The notes below the pieces were generated by a model, which did no database searches, had not been told where the DNA came from, and saw nothing but the letters and a program-made list of their open reading frames with translations. Positions 37,824 through 49,800 of a stretch of 64,000 nt of DNA are shown here, piece after piece; the first letter of the stretch is position 1; the number at the start of each line of letters is the position of its first letter. The DNA comes from Vicugna vicugna (taxonomy: Eukaryota), in NCBI GenBank assembly GCA_013265495.1, contig MU058449.1:420176-484175 (forward strand). The letters run 5' to 3'. The position numbers were made by a program, and so were the translations under genes.

Positions 37824-39012
37824 AAACAAAGAAAGGAAAAAGAATGACATGTAATACATAAGAGGTTCAATACGCAATTTTATGGAACTTAAGTCAGAGA
37901 AATGCCTTCTCATAAAAGTTATGTTAGATGTATCTCTTTATTGGCTGTCTTCTGTAAGTATTTCAATGCCTTCTACCAGCTTTTCAGACCACTTCTTCCT
38001 CATATCTACTGCTGTATTCTCTTTGTTCCTTATAATTTCATTTGGCTGGTTATGCCATTTTACTTTATTCTTTCCAATATCTGATTGATATTTTATACCA
38101 AAAGTTTTGAATTCATCCATTTTTACTAGATCCATTGGTGTTTCATGGAGCTTCTTTCTTCTCCCAGTAGAATTATAGTTACTTTCTGAGTGTCTGTTTT
38201 CATAACTTCATGCTACTGGGAATAAAATGGTGACTATGCCACTTTCTTTGGCTTTGTGGAATTTATCAAATTTAAAATTAGTAAAAAAAATCAATTTATA
38301 AGCATTCATCCTTTCTCTTTCAGCCTTTTAATATCCTGATAATTATTTCTGTTTACAAGTTATATTTAAAGTAGTCTGACAATATTATTATCTTAATTAT
38401 ACTACTGATTTCATGCACATTTATCATAACTACTGTTATTTATTCTATTAAATGTATTACATTATATTTACTATCTTTTACTTCAGCCTGGCCTATAGAT
38501 ATTTCATGACCAAGATTTTCTTTTTTTGAAGTATTTTTGTTACTATTGTAAGTCGCCTTTGCTTTGCTTTTACGCATAATTTTACAATTAAAATCACTTT
38601 AGCTATTGCCCCACAAGTGCCCATACAACCTGTCAAATTTTAGTATAAGTTAGCAGTCTTACCACTTTCTAGTTAATAAGGATCTTTGAAAAATTTTAGT
38701 CCCCATATCTTCTTGCTGACATATACTATTGCTGGTTTAATTTACTTCTTATAAATTTTAAGGCGTATTGTTTGGGACAGTCAATATTCACTTAAATGTT
38801 CCCAAATATTTACTGTTTCTATTGCTATTTGTTCCTTCTTACATCTTCAAAATTATATCTGTAATGATTTTATTCATGTGTGAAGAATAAACTGAAGTCT
38901 TACCTCCTTGATGTAGTTTTGCTGGTGATGAGTTTTCTGCTATTCTTTGCCTGAAATAATTTTATTTCATTTTAAGGTTATTAGAGGACATAGTATTCTA
39001 AATTTACTGGGT

Positions 39013-39658
39013 TTTCCAGCTTTATGGAAATATGATTGACAAACTAAAATTATCTATATTTAGCTTGTACAATGTGGTTTTTGAAGTCTATATTTGGTGT
39101 TTAATACACGTATACATTATGAAATGATTACCACAATTAAGTTTATTAGCACATCCATCACTTCACATGGTTACCTTTTGGTTTTTGTGATAACACTTAA
39201 GATCTACTCTCTTTAGCAAATTTCAAGTACACAAACAGTATTATTAACTATAACCACCATGCTGTAAGTTTGACTTGTTTTTAGATTGCACATATAAGTG
39301 AAATCTTACAGTATTTGTCTTTCTGTGTCTGATTTATTTCATTTAGCAAAATGTCCTCTAAGCAAGATTTCCTTCTTTTTATCAAGAAATAGTATTTTAT
39401 AGTTTATGGTTTATATATTCTTTACTACATATTCTTTATTGTTTCATCTGTTGATGAACATTAAGGTTGTTTCCATATCTGGGCTGTTGTGGATAATGAT
39501 GCCCTGAACATGGTAGTGTATGGTAGTGTACATATTTCTTCAAGCTACTGATTTCATTTCTTTTGGGTATATACCTGGAAGTGGGCTTCCTGGATCACAT
39601 GGTAATTATATTTTTAACTTTTTTGAAGAAATTCCATGCTATTTTCCATGATGCCTGT
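39013..39658 (-). mobile_element. Old L1MA-type 3' end
   Basis: ttttccagctttatggaaatatgattgac...gaaatgattaccacaattaag...ttaagatctactctc...gggtatatacctggaagtggg. Confidence 0.8.
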
Positions 39659-39849
39659 GTCAAAGCTATTATATGTAAAGAGGTTAAAATTGAGCACAAA
39701 GGAATCCAAATGCCTGATTTCCACACCAATTTCTACCAATCCCTAGCCATGTGTCTTTGAGGAAGCTACTTAACCTGCATAAGGTTATTCATTGCAGGTA
39801 AGAAGCAGGTTTATGTAGCCATTATCCTGATATTTTATGTCTACATTGT

Positions 39850-40118
39850 TTTCAGTTTTTTAAAGCAATGTAGGCTTCTCATCCCTCAGAGGGACAATTC
39901 TGAGGTGTGTTCCATTTGGTTCTTCAGAGACCCTCGTACAGTATTGTTGCCCACAATGGTAACCAACACACTGATTTTATTGAAGTGTTTTTTTTTTTCC
40001 TTTCCTATCTTAGTGTCCCCAGTCCATTACTGTGCTTCCTGAGATGAACCTTCAAATAAACTGTAAGCTCTTAAGTCCTTGTCGAAGGCTACACTTTCAG
40101 GAGAACCCCAACCAATAT
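39850..40118 (+). mobile_element. LTR16-like ERVL LTR fragment
   Basis: gggacaattctgaggtgtgttcca...tgcttcctgagat...caaataaact...agtccttgtc...caggagaacccaa resembles the LTR16 3' half. Confidence 0.6.
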
Positions 40119-41759
40119 AGAGGCATTAATAGGATTATGTTAGTGTATTAATATAGGAGTAAAATTGCTCAACAAAATATGGATCTATTTTCTCTCTGGT
40201 TTATGTGTCTATGGGTATGTGTGCACTTTTCTTGTTTTCTGAATGAAAAGCTAATTGTTCTAGAATTATTTAATTATTAGTCCATCATTTTCCCCACTGA
40301 CATACAACATAGAAGTACTAAGTACATACATTATATTTTGTATGAAGTAAATAGTTAAAATGAGATGAATCCCTTCAGGTTCAATAGTTTTTTTGTTTTG
40401 TTTTGTTTTTTGTTTTGGGGTTTTTTTTTGTATTTTTACTTCTGAAAATGTATTTTTCTTCTCTCTGTCATACTTGATAATTTAGTGGGAATCAATTCTG
40501 AAATTGACAATTATTTTTCTTCAGAATAGTAAGAATAGTATTTTATTATCAACTGGTATTTTTGTTGCATTCAAGAACTTTGCATCTAGACAAATTGTCT
40601 TTCCTTTTTTTTGGCTTTTAAATTTTATTGCTTATATGTCCTTTTATTTTCTCTTTATCTTTGATTATTTAAACTTTTAATGCAGTTGTAGAATGTAATT
40701 TTATATTATAGTCTGGTAACTATTTTTGAATAAACTTTTGATGTGAATATTATATATTTATGCATTTATAAATGTTTTATAAATGTTTATAATGAGAAAG
40801 TACTCATATACGGTATCTTTTAAAATATCATCTTCACCCTATTTTTCAGTTCTTCTTTTAAACATTCTATAAATAATAATTTAGAAACTCTTACTCTGTG
40901 CTCCATCAATGTAAAAACACAACTATCAATTTTATTTTTTTGCTCAGCACTATTTGGAAATTCTATATAGTTATCTTTTTAGGATATCTACTTTGTTTAT
41001 TTTATGTGTATTTAGCAATACTTATTACACGATTCTCCATTTTTTAGTTGGTTGTTTCTTTTTACTCAGTAATTATAAGTATTTATTAAATTTAAACCTT
41101 TCTTTTTAAAGATGATAAATGTAAAAATTTGAATAGGTCTTCATTTTGTTTAGTTATTTCAACTTCTCTGCACTGATTTATTTTCTTACTGTAACTATTT
41201 TGATTGACCCTCTTTATGTGCTGTATTATGTAAGTCTGAAGATCCACCTCAAGTGGAGTATTTCTCTATCTCCTTTTCCTATTCTTTTTTTATCAGTCTC
41301 TTTTTTCCTATTTCTTTCTCTGTTACTCACTTTACCCTCTATCCTATAAATTTCACCTACAAATTAATTCCTGTCTAGAAATTTTATGATGGTCTCTACT
41401 AAAACTCCTGTGATCTCCAGTGCAAAAATTAGTCTTCTAGTTGGAATTTCAGGATCTCTAAGAGGCAGTGATCAGCAGGTGCTTGGATCATTTGAGTTCA
41501 GAAGTTGAGAGTGTGGTCCGTGAACTATAGTCATGCACCTCCGTGAAAGTACTGACATAAAAAAAATGAATCCCCAGAAGTGTTTTTCAGCTTTCATTCT
41601 GTTGTAGTAAATCCTATCCTAAACTTAATTTTGTATAGTTAGGCTTGTTTTAGTCTTCTGAGTCTGGTAGAATAATTTAGTCCTCATCAACTCACAAAAG
41701 TGGGTCTTCATCTTATTCAGCATCTGATTTTTTCCTGGAGTACTTTGTGTATACTTTGT

Positions 41760-42870
41760 TTACTTTTCGAGGAATAATTTACATGTAGTAAAATGCATAG
41801 ATCTTTTGTGTGCAGTTTGAGGAGTTTTGACTAATGAATGTACTCAGGTTGCCAACATGTAAATCTGATTATTTATATTTCCAATATTTCCGAAATACAG
41901 TTCATACTACTTGCCTTGTCTCTCAAGATAGCAAACATAATTCTGATTTCTATCACCATAGGATTGTTTTGCCTGTTTTTGAGCTTTAGCTACACTGATA
42001 TAGATACAGTATGTATCCTTTTCCCTTTAGCTTGTTTCACTCAGAAAAGTGGAATTTTTAAAATATGTATTACATTGCAGAGTGTACAGTGTTTTTTCCT
42101 TTTATATTACTGAGTAATATTTCATTGTATGAATACACTCCAATATGTTTATCCATTGTCCACTTGAAGTACACTTGGATTGTTGCCCCTTTGGTAGTAT
42201 TGTGAATAAAGTTACCATGAACATTTCAATACTGGATTTTTTTTGGACAAATGCTTCCATGTCTCTTGGCTAAACAATTAAAAGTAGAATTTTTAGGTCA
42301 TAGGATGGATGTAGCAAAATGTATATTTAACATTAAAATATTTCCCCCCCTACCATCAACTTTTATTTTAGTTGTTCCTTATTTATATTGTCAGTTTACA
42401 TTGTCATCACTTCGTATCATCATTAAATGTGCCAATCTAGTGGGGCATAAAAATGCATTTTATTAATTTGAATTCTCCTTATGACTAAAATTTTTAGGCA
42501 TATTGTCTTGTGTTTATTAGACACTATGTATCTTTCTTTATGAGTACATGTTCAAGCTCTTTGCCCACTCTTTTATATAATTTTTTTTATCTCTTAATTA
42601 ATTGAGTTATAGAATATCTTTACATAGTCTGAGTTCATGACCTATGTCAGAACTATGTATTGTAAATATTTTCTTCCCATCTGTGGTTTGTTGTTTCATT
42701 TTCAAATGGTTTCCTTATAGAATACAATATTTTAATTTTGATAAAATCCAAGATAGTCTCCTTTAATGTATCTTGTTGAAGAAATCTTTTTCTACCCCAA
42801 GGTCTCAAGTAAATTACTTTATCATTTTCTTCTAGAGATCTTATAATTTGAATTTTGATAATTAGATTAA
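41760..42870 (-). mobile_element. Ancient L1ME-type fragment
   Basis: gaataatttacatgtagtaaaatgcatagatctt...tgagtaatatttcattgtatgaatac...aatattttcttcccatctgtggtttg. Confidence 0.6.
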
Positions 42871-45039
42871 GAGCTTAAATTTATCTCAAGAAATCTTCAG
42901 AACTTGGATTTATCTCAAGAAATGCTCAGATTCTGTATAAAACTTGAAGGCAGAGCAAATGCAGGTGACAGTTTTGATGTGGATTTTCAGAGAAAGACGG
43001 GGGTCAAGGATAAGTCCATGTTTTATTTTTCTTAGGACTTTAGAAGTGGGATAATGACCAGAAATTAAGATATGAAATACAGGAGTGTTATGTGTTTTTA
43101 GAAATCTTGGCAACAACAGGCTTTCATTTGTAAATAAGGTTAAAAACTGACCAGAAAAATGTGAAGTAGAAGAAATAATTAAACAGTAGACATTCAATTT
43201 GACTTTCTTTTAAACTTCTTCCTTTACATTTTCATGGCTTAATAATATTTTATGATACACATTATGTATGTTCAACAGTAAACATTTTATACAATTAACA
43301 AATCTTCCAAAAATAAGTCTGTCACAGTTTAGGGATAAATAATTTAACATCCAGGAAATTTTTTGTGAAAATTATATTTTCTTGATATTTTGCATACTCC
43401 ACACAATTTTATAACTAATTTTTCACTTAATACTAATCATGAAAAGAGTTCAATGCCAGTAAAATACTTTAAAGTAATTCATTAAAGATTATACATATCA
43501 TTACATTGTACAGTAGTTGTAAAAGTCAAACTGTGAAATCACAGTGGCTGTTTTGGAATCCAGGCTCCATGTGGTACTAGCTGCCTGATCTAAGGAAACA
43601 TAATTTGTATCTGAATGTCTCATTTTTCTCAATTGTTGCAGGATAAAAATAAAACCAGAGCCATAGGATTACTGCCAGAATGAAATCAAAAAGTGTTTGA
43701 AACCTGTGCCTGATACACAATGAGAGCTTTAGAAATATTAGCTATTATATGCTTTTGAATAGTTTTTTTCTTTATTATTAATTACACATTTAAAATCATA
43801 CTGATTTCAAATACACTCTGTTTTGATACTCATACCCAAGTTTGTGGACACTTCTCTGTTCCTCTTAACTGACAGTCTTCAAAGTGTATCATCCAATTTT
43901 GAGCATATTAGAGCATTTACTCAATTATAGTTTTAACTAAAAATACAGTAGGACTATATTTTCCAATTAAATTTGAGAATAATACTAAAAGAACAATGTT
44001 AAATCTGTTCCAAAAATAGCATTGGTCTCTGAGACAATGAACATAATAATAACTTTCTTACAGTTTAAGTCCATGCTATGTGTCAGACAGTGTTAGCCCT
44101 TTGCTCATATTAACGCTTTTCGTTACAAAAAATATAATTTCCCTCCCACTTATGCAGGAGACCCCCCTCCCAGCATTGCAGAGTTAGTTATTATAAGTTA
44201 AATACCCAATGTTTTGTCATAGAATATAGGTGGTACATGAGCTGTCGTAAACCTACCCTACAAACTTCATCCCCACTTCAATCTCAGTATTAACCATACT
44301 GCTCTACCTTACACGTGAATCTGCAAAAATAAGCTTTTGTCAAATCTCTGTGATTATCCTCATGTTGTTTTCTCTTCATGAGATGCCTTTGTGTACTAAC
44401 AGAAAAGTAGTTTTAGGATTCCATGCTATTCATTCACTTATATATGATATCTGAGCATTTATTCACTCCCTGAATAGAAATTACCCCTTCTTATTCAGAG
44501 ATTTGGTTGTATTTCGTAGACTTATATGTTTATCTCTCAACATGCTTCATTGCAGAGATTCTGTGTTCTCTCAACACACCAGTTTTTATAAGGCAAATTA
44601 CATTTATAGCCAAAGTACACAAATAACATCAAGAAATTAAGAAATTGTTCTTAAAAGAGAGAGAGAGAGAGAGATTTGTTATGACCAAAGTACATCCATC
44701 ACTGTTTTCTAAATGAATAGTGCTTCTATAAAACATATAGGGAATATTTTTAATGAGAGGGGTATGTATTTAGTTTTAAACATACTGAATTTCTAGTATT
44801 TTGTAAGAATACATTTTTCTTCCACTTAGTCCCTGGCCTCTTTCTTTCACTTTACTTCCTGTTTCTAACTACTCTACTAAACCAATCAATCAACCGTTCA
44901 ATAAAACCAATAAGAAAAAAGCTGTTTGTACTCTAAAAGTAAGTGAAATGGAATACTCAACTAGGTTATGAAAAGAGGGGCAGAGCAGGAAGAGAAAGCT
45001 ACATAAGAAATATTGAAGCAGGCTGATGGAGAGAAATTT

Positions 45040-45185
45040 GGAGGACAGAAAGAGAAAAAGAAATAAAGAAAATGAGCAACAGAAGAAGGAAGAGAGAAAA
45101 TGGAAGGGGAGGAAAAGAAGAAAGAGGAGAAGGAGAGAGAGAGCTGGAGGGAGAAAGAGAAAGAGAAGGAGAAGGACAAGAGAAC
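45040..45185. repeat. Purine-rich (GA) low-complexity tract
   Basis: Almost exclusively A/G on the plus strand. Confidence 0.8.
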
Positions 45186-45506
45186 ACCTGGTACCCACAG
45201 TGGAAATGAAAACATGTCTTCTGTAACTTGACCCCTTAGGTATCTGGGAATCATGAACACATCTTATGCTGATCTTCAAATTATCATATAGAATGTTTGC
45301 TAATCCAGCTTGATATCTAGAATCCAAAGCTTCCTATTCTCATTCCCTGAATGAGTTAATACACACAAAAAGACATCCTTCCCATTAAGTGATCATGGCT
45401 GTACCTCGTTTACAAGGCCTAATTTCAGGGCATCTCCTCATTTATCAGATGTATACGTGTTAACATATAATCTTTAGGACCAAAATGGGAGGTGTTTATC
45501 TTCTGT

Positions 45507-46442
45507 TTATTTTGGGATGAATATTCTAAGCACCCTTTCACAGATCTGCTTGGTCCTGACTCCATAGATGACAGGGTTGAGCATTGGTGGAATAACCACA
45601 TAGAGATTGGCCAGGAGGATATGAATGTAGCAGGGAACATTCTGGCCAAAACAGTGTGTCATAAAAGAGAAGAGGGCTGGGATGTAAAAGGCCAAAATTA
45701 CACAAACATGGGAACCACAGGTGCTTAGAGACTTGAGCCTGGCCTCAAGGGAGGGGAGACGGAAAACAGCACAGAGAATTTGGACATAGGAGAGAGCAAT
45801 GGCCATGATGTCAAGTCCCAGGATAGCAATGGTCCCCAGACCATATATGATGTTGACCCTGATACTTGCACAGGCCAGACGAGCAAGCCCCATGTGCTCA
45901 CAGTGTGTGTGAGGAATGATGTGGTGTCCACAGAAGGGCAGTCTCAAGATGAGGAATACAAAGGGAAATACACAGAGGAAAGATCTCCCAACCACCCCAA
46001 AGACAATAAGAGATACTGTCTTGTTAGTAAGGATTGTGCTATAACGAAGGGGGTTACAAATAGCTACATAGCGGTCATAAGCCATGGCCAGAAGGACTAC
46101 TGACTCCATGCCAGTAAAGATGTGAATGAAAAACATTTGAGTGAGGCAGGCATCAAAAATGATCTCCCTGAGGCTAAACCAGAAGATGCCCAGCATCTTA
46201 GAGATGGTGGCTGTGGACAGTCCCAAGTCAATGGTAGCCAGCATCGCCAGGAAGTAGAACATGGGCTGGTGGAGGCTGTACTCAGTCTGGATGACAAACA
46301 ACATGGTGAAGTTTCCTGTGAGTGCAATCAGATATACAGCACAAAAAGGAAAGCCAATCCAGATGTGAATGTTTTCCAGTCCTGGGATTCCCAGCAGCAG
46401 GAAGGAGGAGGGGTGGAGCTGGGTGTCATTGGAAAGAGGCAT
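45507..46442 (-). CDS. Olfactory receptor family 52 subfamily E member, open frame, 311 aa from MPLSNDT (alternative ATG at 46460); several conserved residues substituted
   Basis: [52 protein letters not shown] and [16 protein letters not shown]. Acceptor tttttgtttttttccAG at 46537-46536. Confidence 0.9.
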   Translation of the reverse strand: MPLSNDTQLHPSSFLLLGIPGLENIHIWIGFPFCAVYLIALTGNFTMLFVIQTEYSLHQPMFYFLAMLATIDLGLSTATISKMLGIFWFSLREIIFDACLTQMFFIHIFTGMESVVLLAMAYDRYVAICNPLRYSTILTNKTVSLIVFGVVGRSFLCVFPFVFLILRLPFCGHHIIPHTHCEHMGLARLACASIRVNIIYGLGTIAILGLDIMAIALSYVQILCAVFRLPSLEARLKSLSTCGSHVCVILAFYIPALFSFMTHCFGQNVPCYIHILLANLYVVIPPMLNPVIYGVRTKQICERVLRIFIPK

Positions 46443-47089
46443 CTTGGCTTGTGAAGTCATATGAATGTGTTCACTGCAGATGTGTGCTGACCCATATTGG
46501 GAGGGACCAGTCTGTTACCATTAAGTTTTACAGTGCTGGAAAAAAACAAAAACCAAATATCCTACCTGTTTATCCCCATAGCAGAAACTTCATCAATAGC
46601 CTTTTTGCCAGAATCATTGAAATCCTCTGTCATAATAAAATTATTCTAATTGAAATTTAGTCACCAAAAACTGATTAATTTTATTACTCTAAATCTTTGT
46701 TTCAGAGAAACAAAGAGGGAGGGAATAAGAGACTAGAAAGTAGGATATCATGTAATGTTAAGAATGACTTTAGTGGGACCTCTTCATGGTGACACATCAC
46801 TGACTGTGTCCCATGACTTTAAAGTGTATGCTTTCTGCCAAGAGCATGGACTGCTAAGAAAGGAGGCTAGAGGAATGAAAGTGAGATCACTGTTGGGTAG
46901 AAAAGATTATAGGAGTGGCAACCAAACATTAATTCTTATCAAATTACTGTTTAATCTCAAGTATCTATCTTCTTTACAATTTAATAGATGTTTATACAGA
47001 AGATATTGATGTTCTGAACAGTGAGATATATTTCTATTTCTCTGTCTCCATATATAGAAATAGGAACAAGCGATACACTTACAACCATC

Positions 47090-47347
47090 CCGTACTCATA
47101 CAACCATTTTTTTTCACTATCAGTATTGTATTCAATAAATTACATAAGATATTCAACACATTGTTATAACAAAGGCTTTGTGTTAGATGATTTTGCCCAA
47201 CTGTAGGCTAACGGATGTTTTTCCTGAGTAGGTTTAAGGTAGGCTAGGCCAAACTATGATGTTTGGTAGTTTAGGTGTATTAAATGCATTTTTGACTTAC
47301 AATGTGTTTATCGAGAGGTAACCTCATCTTTAGCCAAGGAAGATCTG
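47090..47347 (-). mobile_element. MER47/Tigger5-like DNA transposon fragment
   Basis: aggctttgtgttagatgattttgcccaactgtaggctaa...tttaaggtaggctaggc...taggtgtattaaatgcattt, ending gatctg followed by TA. Confidence 0.75.
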
Positions 47348-47389
47348 TATCTATATATAATTGCTTATATAACTATACAACTCTGTCTC

Positions 47390-47455
47390 CATATATCTAT
47401 ATCTATATCTATATCTATATCTGTATCTATATCTGTATCTATACCTTTATCTATA
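47390..47455. repeat. (ATCTAT)n microsatellite
   Basis: Directly visible. Confidence 0.85.
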
Positions 47456-47874
47456 TAGTTGACACTTGAACACTGCAGGGCTTAGGGGCACCAACCCCTA
47501 CCCAGTCAAAAATCCACATATAGTTATGATAAATCGCAGAGAAAAAAATGTGACAATGAGTGTGTATATGTCCATGAATGACTGAAAAATTGTGCTGAAC
47601 ACTGGAATTTGACACAACATTGTAAAATGATTATAAATCAATAAAAAATGTTAAAAAAATAAATAAAAATAAATAAATAACCAGTAAAAAAAAAAAGTTG
47701 ATAATAAAAAAAAATCCACATATAACTTTACAATCAGCCATTCGTGTCTTTGGTTCTGCATCTGTGAATTCAAACAACCATGGTTAGTGTAGACTACAGC
47801 AGATATTTATTAAAAAGAATCACCATATAAGTGGACCTGCACAGTTCAAACCCATGTTGTTCAAGGGTCAACTA
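47456..47874. mobile_element. Tigger2-derived MITE (MER8-like), interrupted by an L1 tail
   Basis: Terminal inverted repeats tagttgacacttgaaca (47456-47472) and tgttcaagggtcaacta (47858-47874), each flanked by TA. Confidence 0.8.
47523..47709 (+). mobile_element. Very short young L1 3'-tail insertion with 15-bp TSD
   Basis: Nearly identical to 243-383. TSD aaaaatccacatata at 47508-47522 and 47710-47724. Composite A-rich tail. Confidence 0.93.
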
Positions 47875-49166
47875 TACACACTCATACACACACACACACA
47901 TAAACACACACTGTTGTGACAGTTTGCTTAATTTTGCAAACGGTAAAATGAATACAAGTAGTTGTCACACAAATGATCGTTAAAGAGTCGTTTTCTGGCC
48001 TATAAGAAGAATCTAATTAATCTATGTTCTGGGGAATAATAAATGACTACAAAAATAGATCTCCCATCTCTCACAGATATATTCTAGAGTAGTTGACAAT
48101 GATTTTTTTTAAAAGGTAAAAGAAAAGTAATTCAAAAAGTTGCAGAGGTTGATTTAGGTAGACAGAAAAAGAGGAAGTAAATATCCTATAAATTTGGAGA
48201 GACAGGAAGAAACAGTGACAGGGTGAAATCTCCTTTATGTACCTATTATCTTTAGAATAGCTTTTATAAAATTTATTTCAAGTTATATTTACCTACTATT
48301 TTGTCTAATTTCTGGACAGTGAGCTCTTTAATGTTAAAGAAACTCTCTCTCCCTGATGTCTCCATACCCAATATCTAGTACTGAGCCTGGTATATTGGTT
48401 AAGGGAATTTTTAAATACATATTTTAAGGAATTTTTTGAATACTGAACCTAAGTACAATACAGAGATTAACCTTGATCTTTGTGTTTTGTTTTCTAAATA
48501 AGTAATAAACAAAATATAAGTACTTTGTAAGATTTCTTTGATAAAAAGATAATGAAATGTGGCTTAAATAGTACACAGTGTTTCCTAAAGTCTTAAGTCT
48601 TGAGTGGTAGAGATAATCATGAAGTGGACCCAAGGTTTACTGCCTATCTTCAGAATTTTAGCTCATAGTGCCAGAATTCTTTATGGTTGCAGGAAATGAT
48701 TAGTCCTTCTAATATACAATACCTGCCCTTCCAAGGAACTACACACAGAAAATTCTGAACTCTAAGAGATATGTGTCATAAGCCAACACTATACAAGGAA
48801 ATACATTAACAAATCCTTGTGAACTCTGGAGATATAATAGTTTTTTTCCCCACTAATGTCTATACATATTGTAAAGTATTTACACAACACAATACAGTTT
48901 TTGAGTACGGGGTTGGTCCTTCATCTACAAGTCACACAGCAGTGCTCAGAAATGCACTAGAATATTTCTACTGTTTCTTTTTGTATATCTTTCAGTGTTT
49001 ATCACATTAGCCTTAGGTTATGAGAAGACACATTTAGGATTCCTTTTTTTCTTTCTTTCTTTCTTTTTTACTTTACTCTGATATGAAACAATAAACAAAT
49101 CTTCCTAGGTTGAGACACCTGACCTTAAAATGATTGGAAAGATAGAAATGCACACAGGGGTTATCA

Positions 49167-49429
49167 GGAGGGTGGTAGAACTCAGTGGTAGAGTATGTGC
49201 TTGTCATCCACAAGGTCCTGAGTTCAATCCCCAGTACCTCCGTTAAAAATAAATAAATAAAGATAAATCACAGAGAAAAAAATGTGACAATGAGTGTGTA
49301 TATGTCCATGTATGACTGAAAAATTGGGCTGAACACTGGAATTTGACACAACACTGTAAAATGATTATGAATCAATAAAAATGTAAAAAATAAAATAAAA
49401 TAAAATAAAATTAGCTGAAACTGGAAAAA

Positions 49430-49460
<31 letters not shown>

Positions 49461-49496
49461 AAACCTAATTACCTCCCCCCAAAAAAGGAAAAAAAC
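49167..49496 (+). mobile_element. tRNA-derived camelid SINE (vic-1-like), interrupted by an L1 tail
   Basis: A-box-like tagaactcagtgg, B-box gagttcaatcc, then ccagtacctcc, an A-rich linker, aaacctaattacctcccccc and an A tail. TSD ggggttatca at 49157-49166 and 49498-49507. Confidence 0.88.
49262..49460 (+). mobile_element. Very short young L1 3'-tail insertion nested in the SINE linker
   Basis: gataaatcacagagaaaaaaatgtgacaatgagtg...aatcaataaaaatgt matches 248-371 with a few changes. It is flanked on both sides by aaataaataaataaa. Confidence 0.88.
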
Positions 49497-49653
49497 GGGG
49501 GTTATCAATGATATTTTTTTCTCCTATGTAAATATAGAACCTCATTTCATGAACCCAATCTCAGCCCCTCTGCTCTTTTTTTGTGACACTTCTATCTTTT
49601 CCCCCTTCTTCCCCTCTGTCATTTTCCCTGTGGGCTTTGGAAAGGTGTGGTAG

Positions 49654-49800
49654 ACTCACCAGACTGTGCACCATAAGTGATTCTGAGCCCCTACGTTTTC
49701 ATGTATACCCAAATAGAGAATGTAGTTGTTATCCTTTATATGATGCTCCTGAAAGGAGAGCCTCCCAGTGAAACTCCCTAGAGCCAACATGCTGAAGATA
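49654..49800 (-). promoter_or_regulatory. Putative promoter and non-coding first exon of the OR at 45507-46442
   Basis: Minus strand ggtgcacagtCTG|GTGAGT (exon ends at 49660), the same exon-end motif as at 6936 and 27733. TATAAA at 49740-49735 and O/E-like TCCCTAGAG at 49775-49783. Confidence 0.6.

Noticed and set aside
44890..45327. Leu/Phe/Ser-rich and Arg/Lys/Glu-rich ORFs
   Set aside because: Translations of a purine-rich low-complexity tract.
49167..49242. Possible tRNA gene
   Set aside because: Degenerate tRNA-like head followed by a SINE body, A tail and TSD. It is a SINE.
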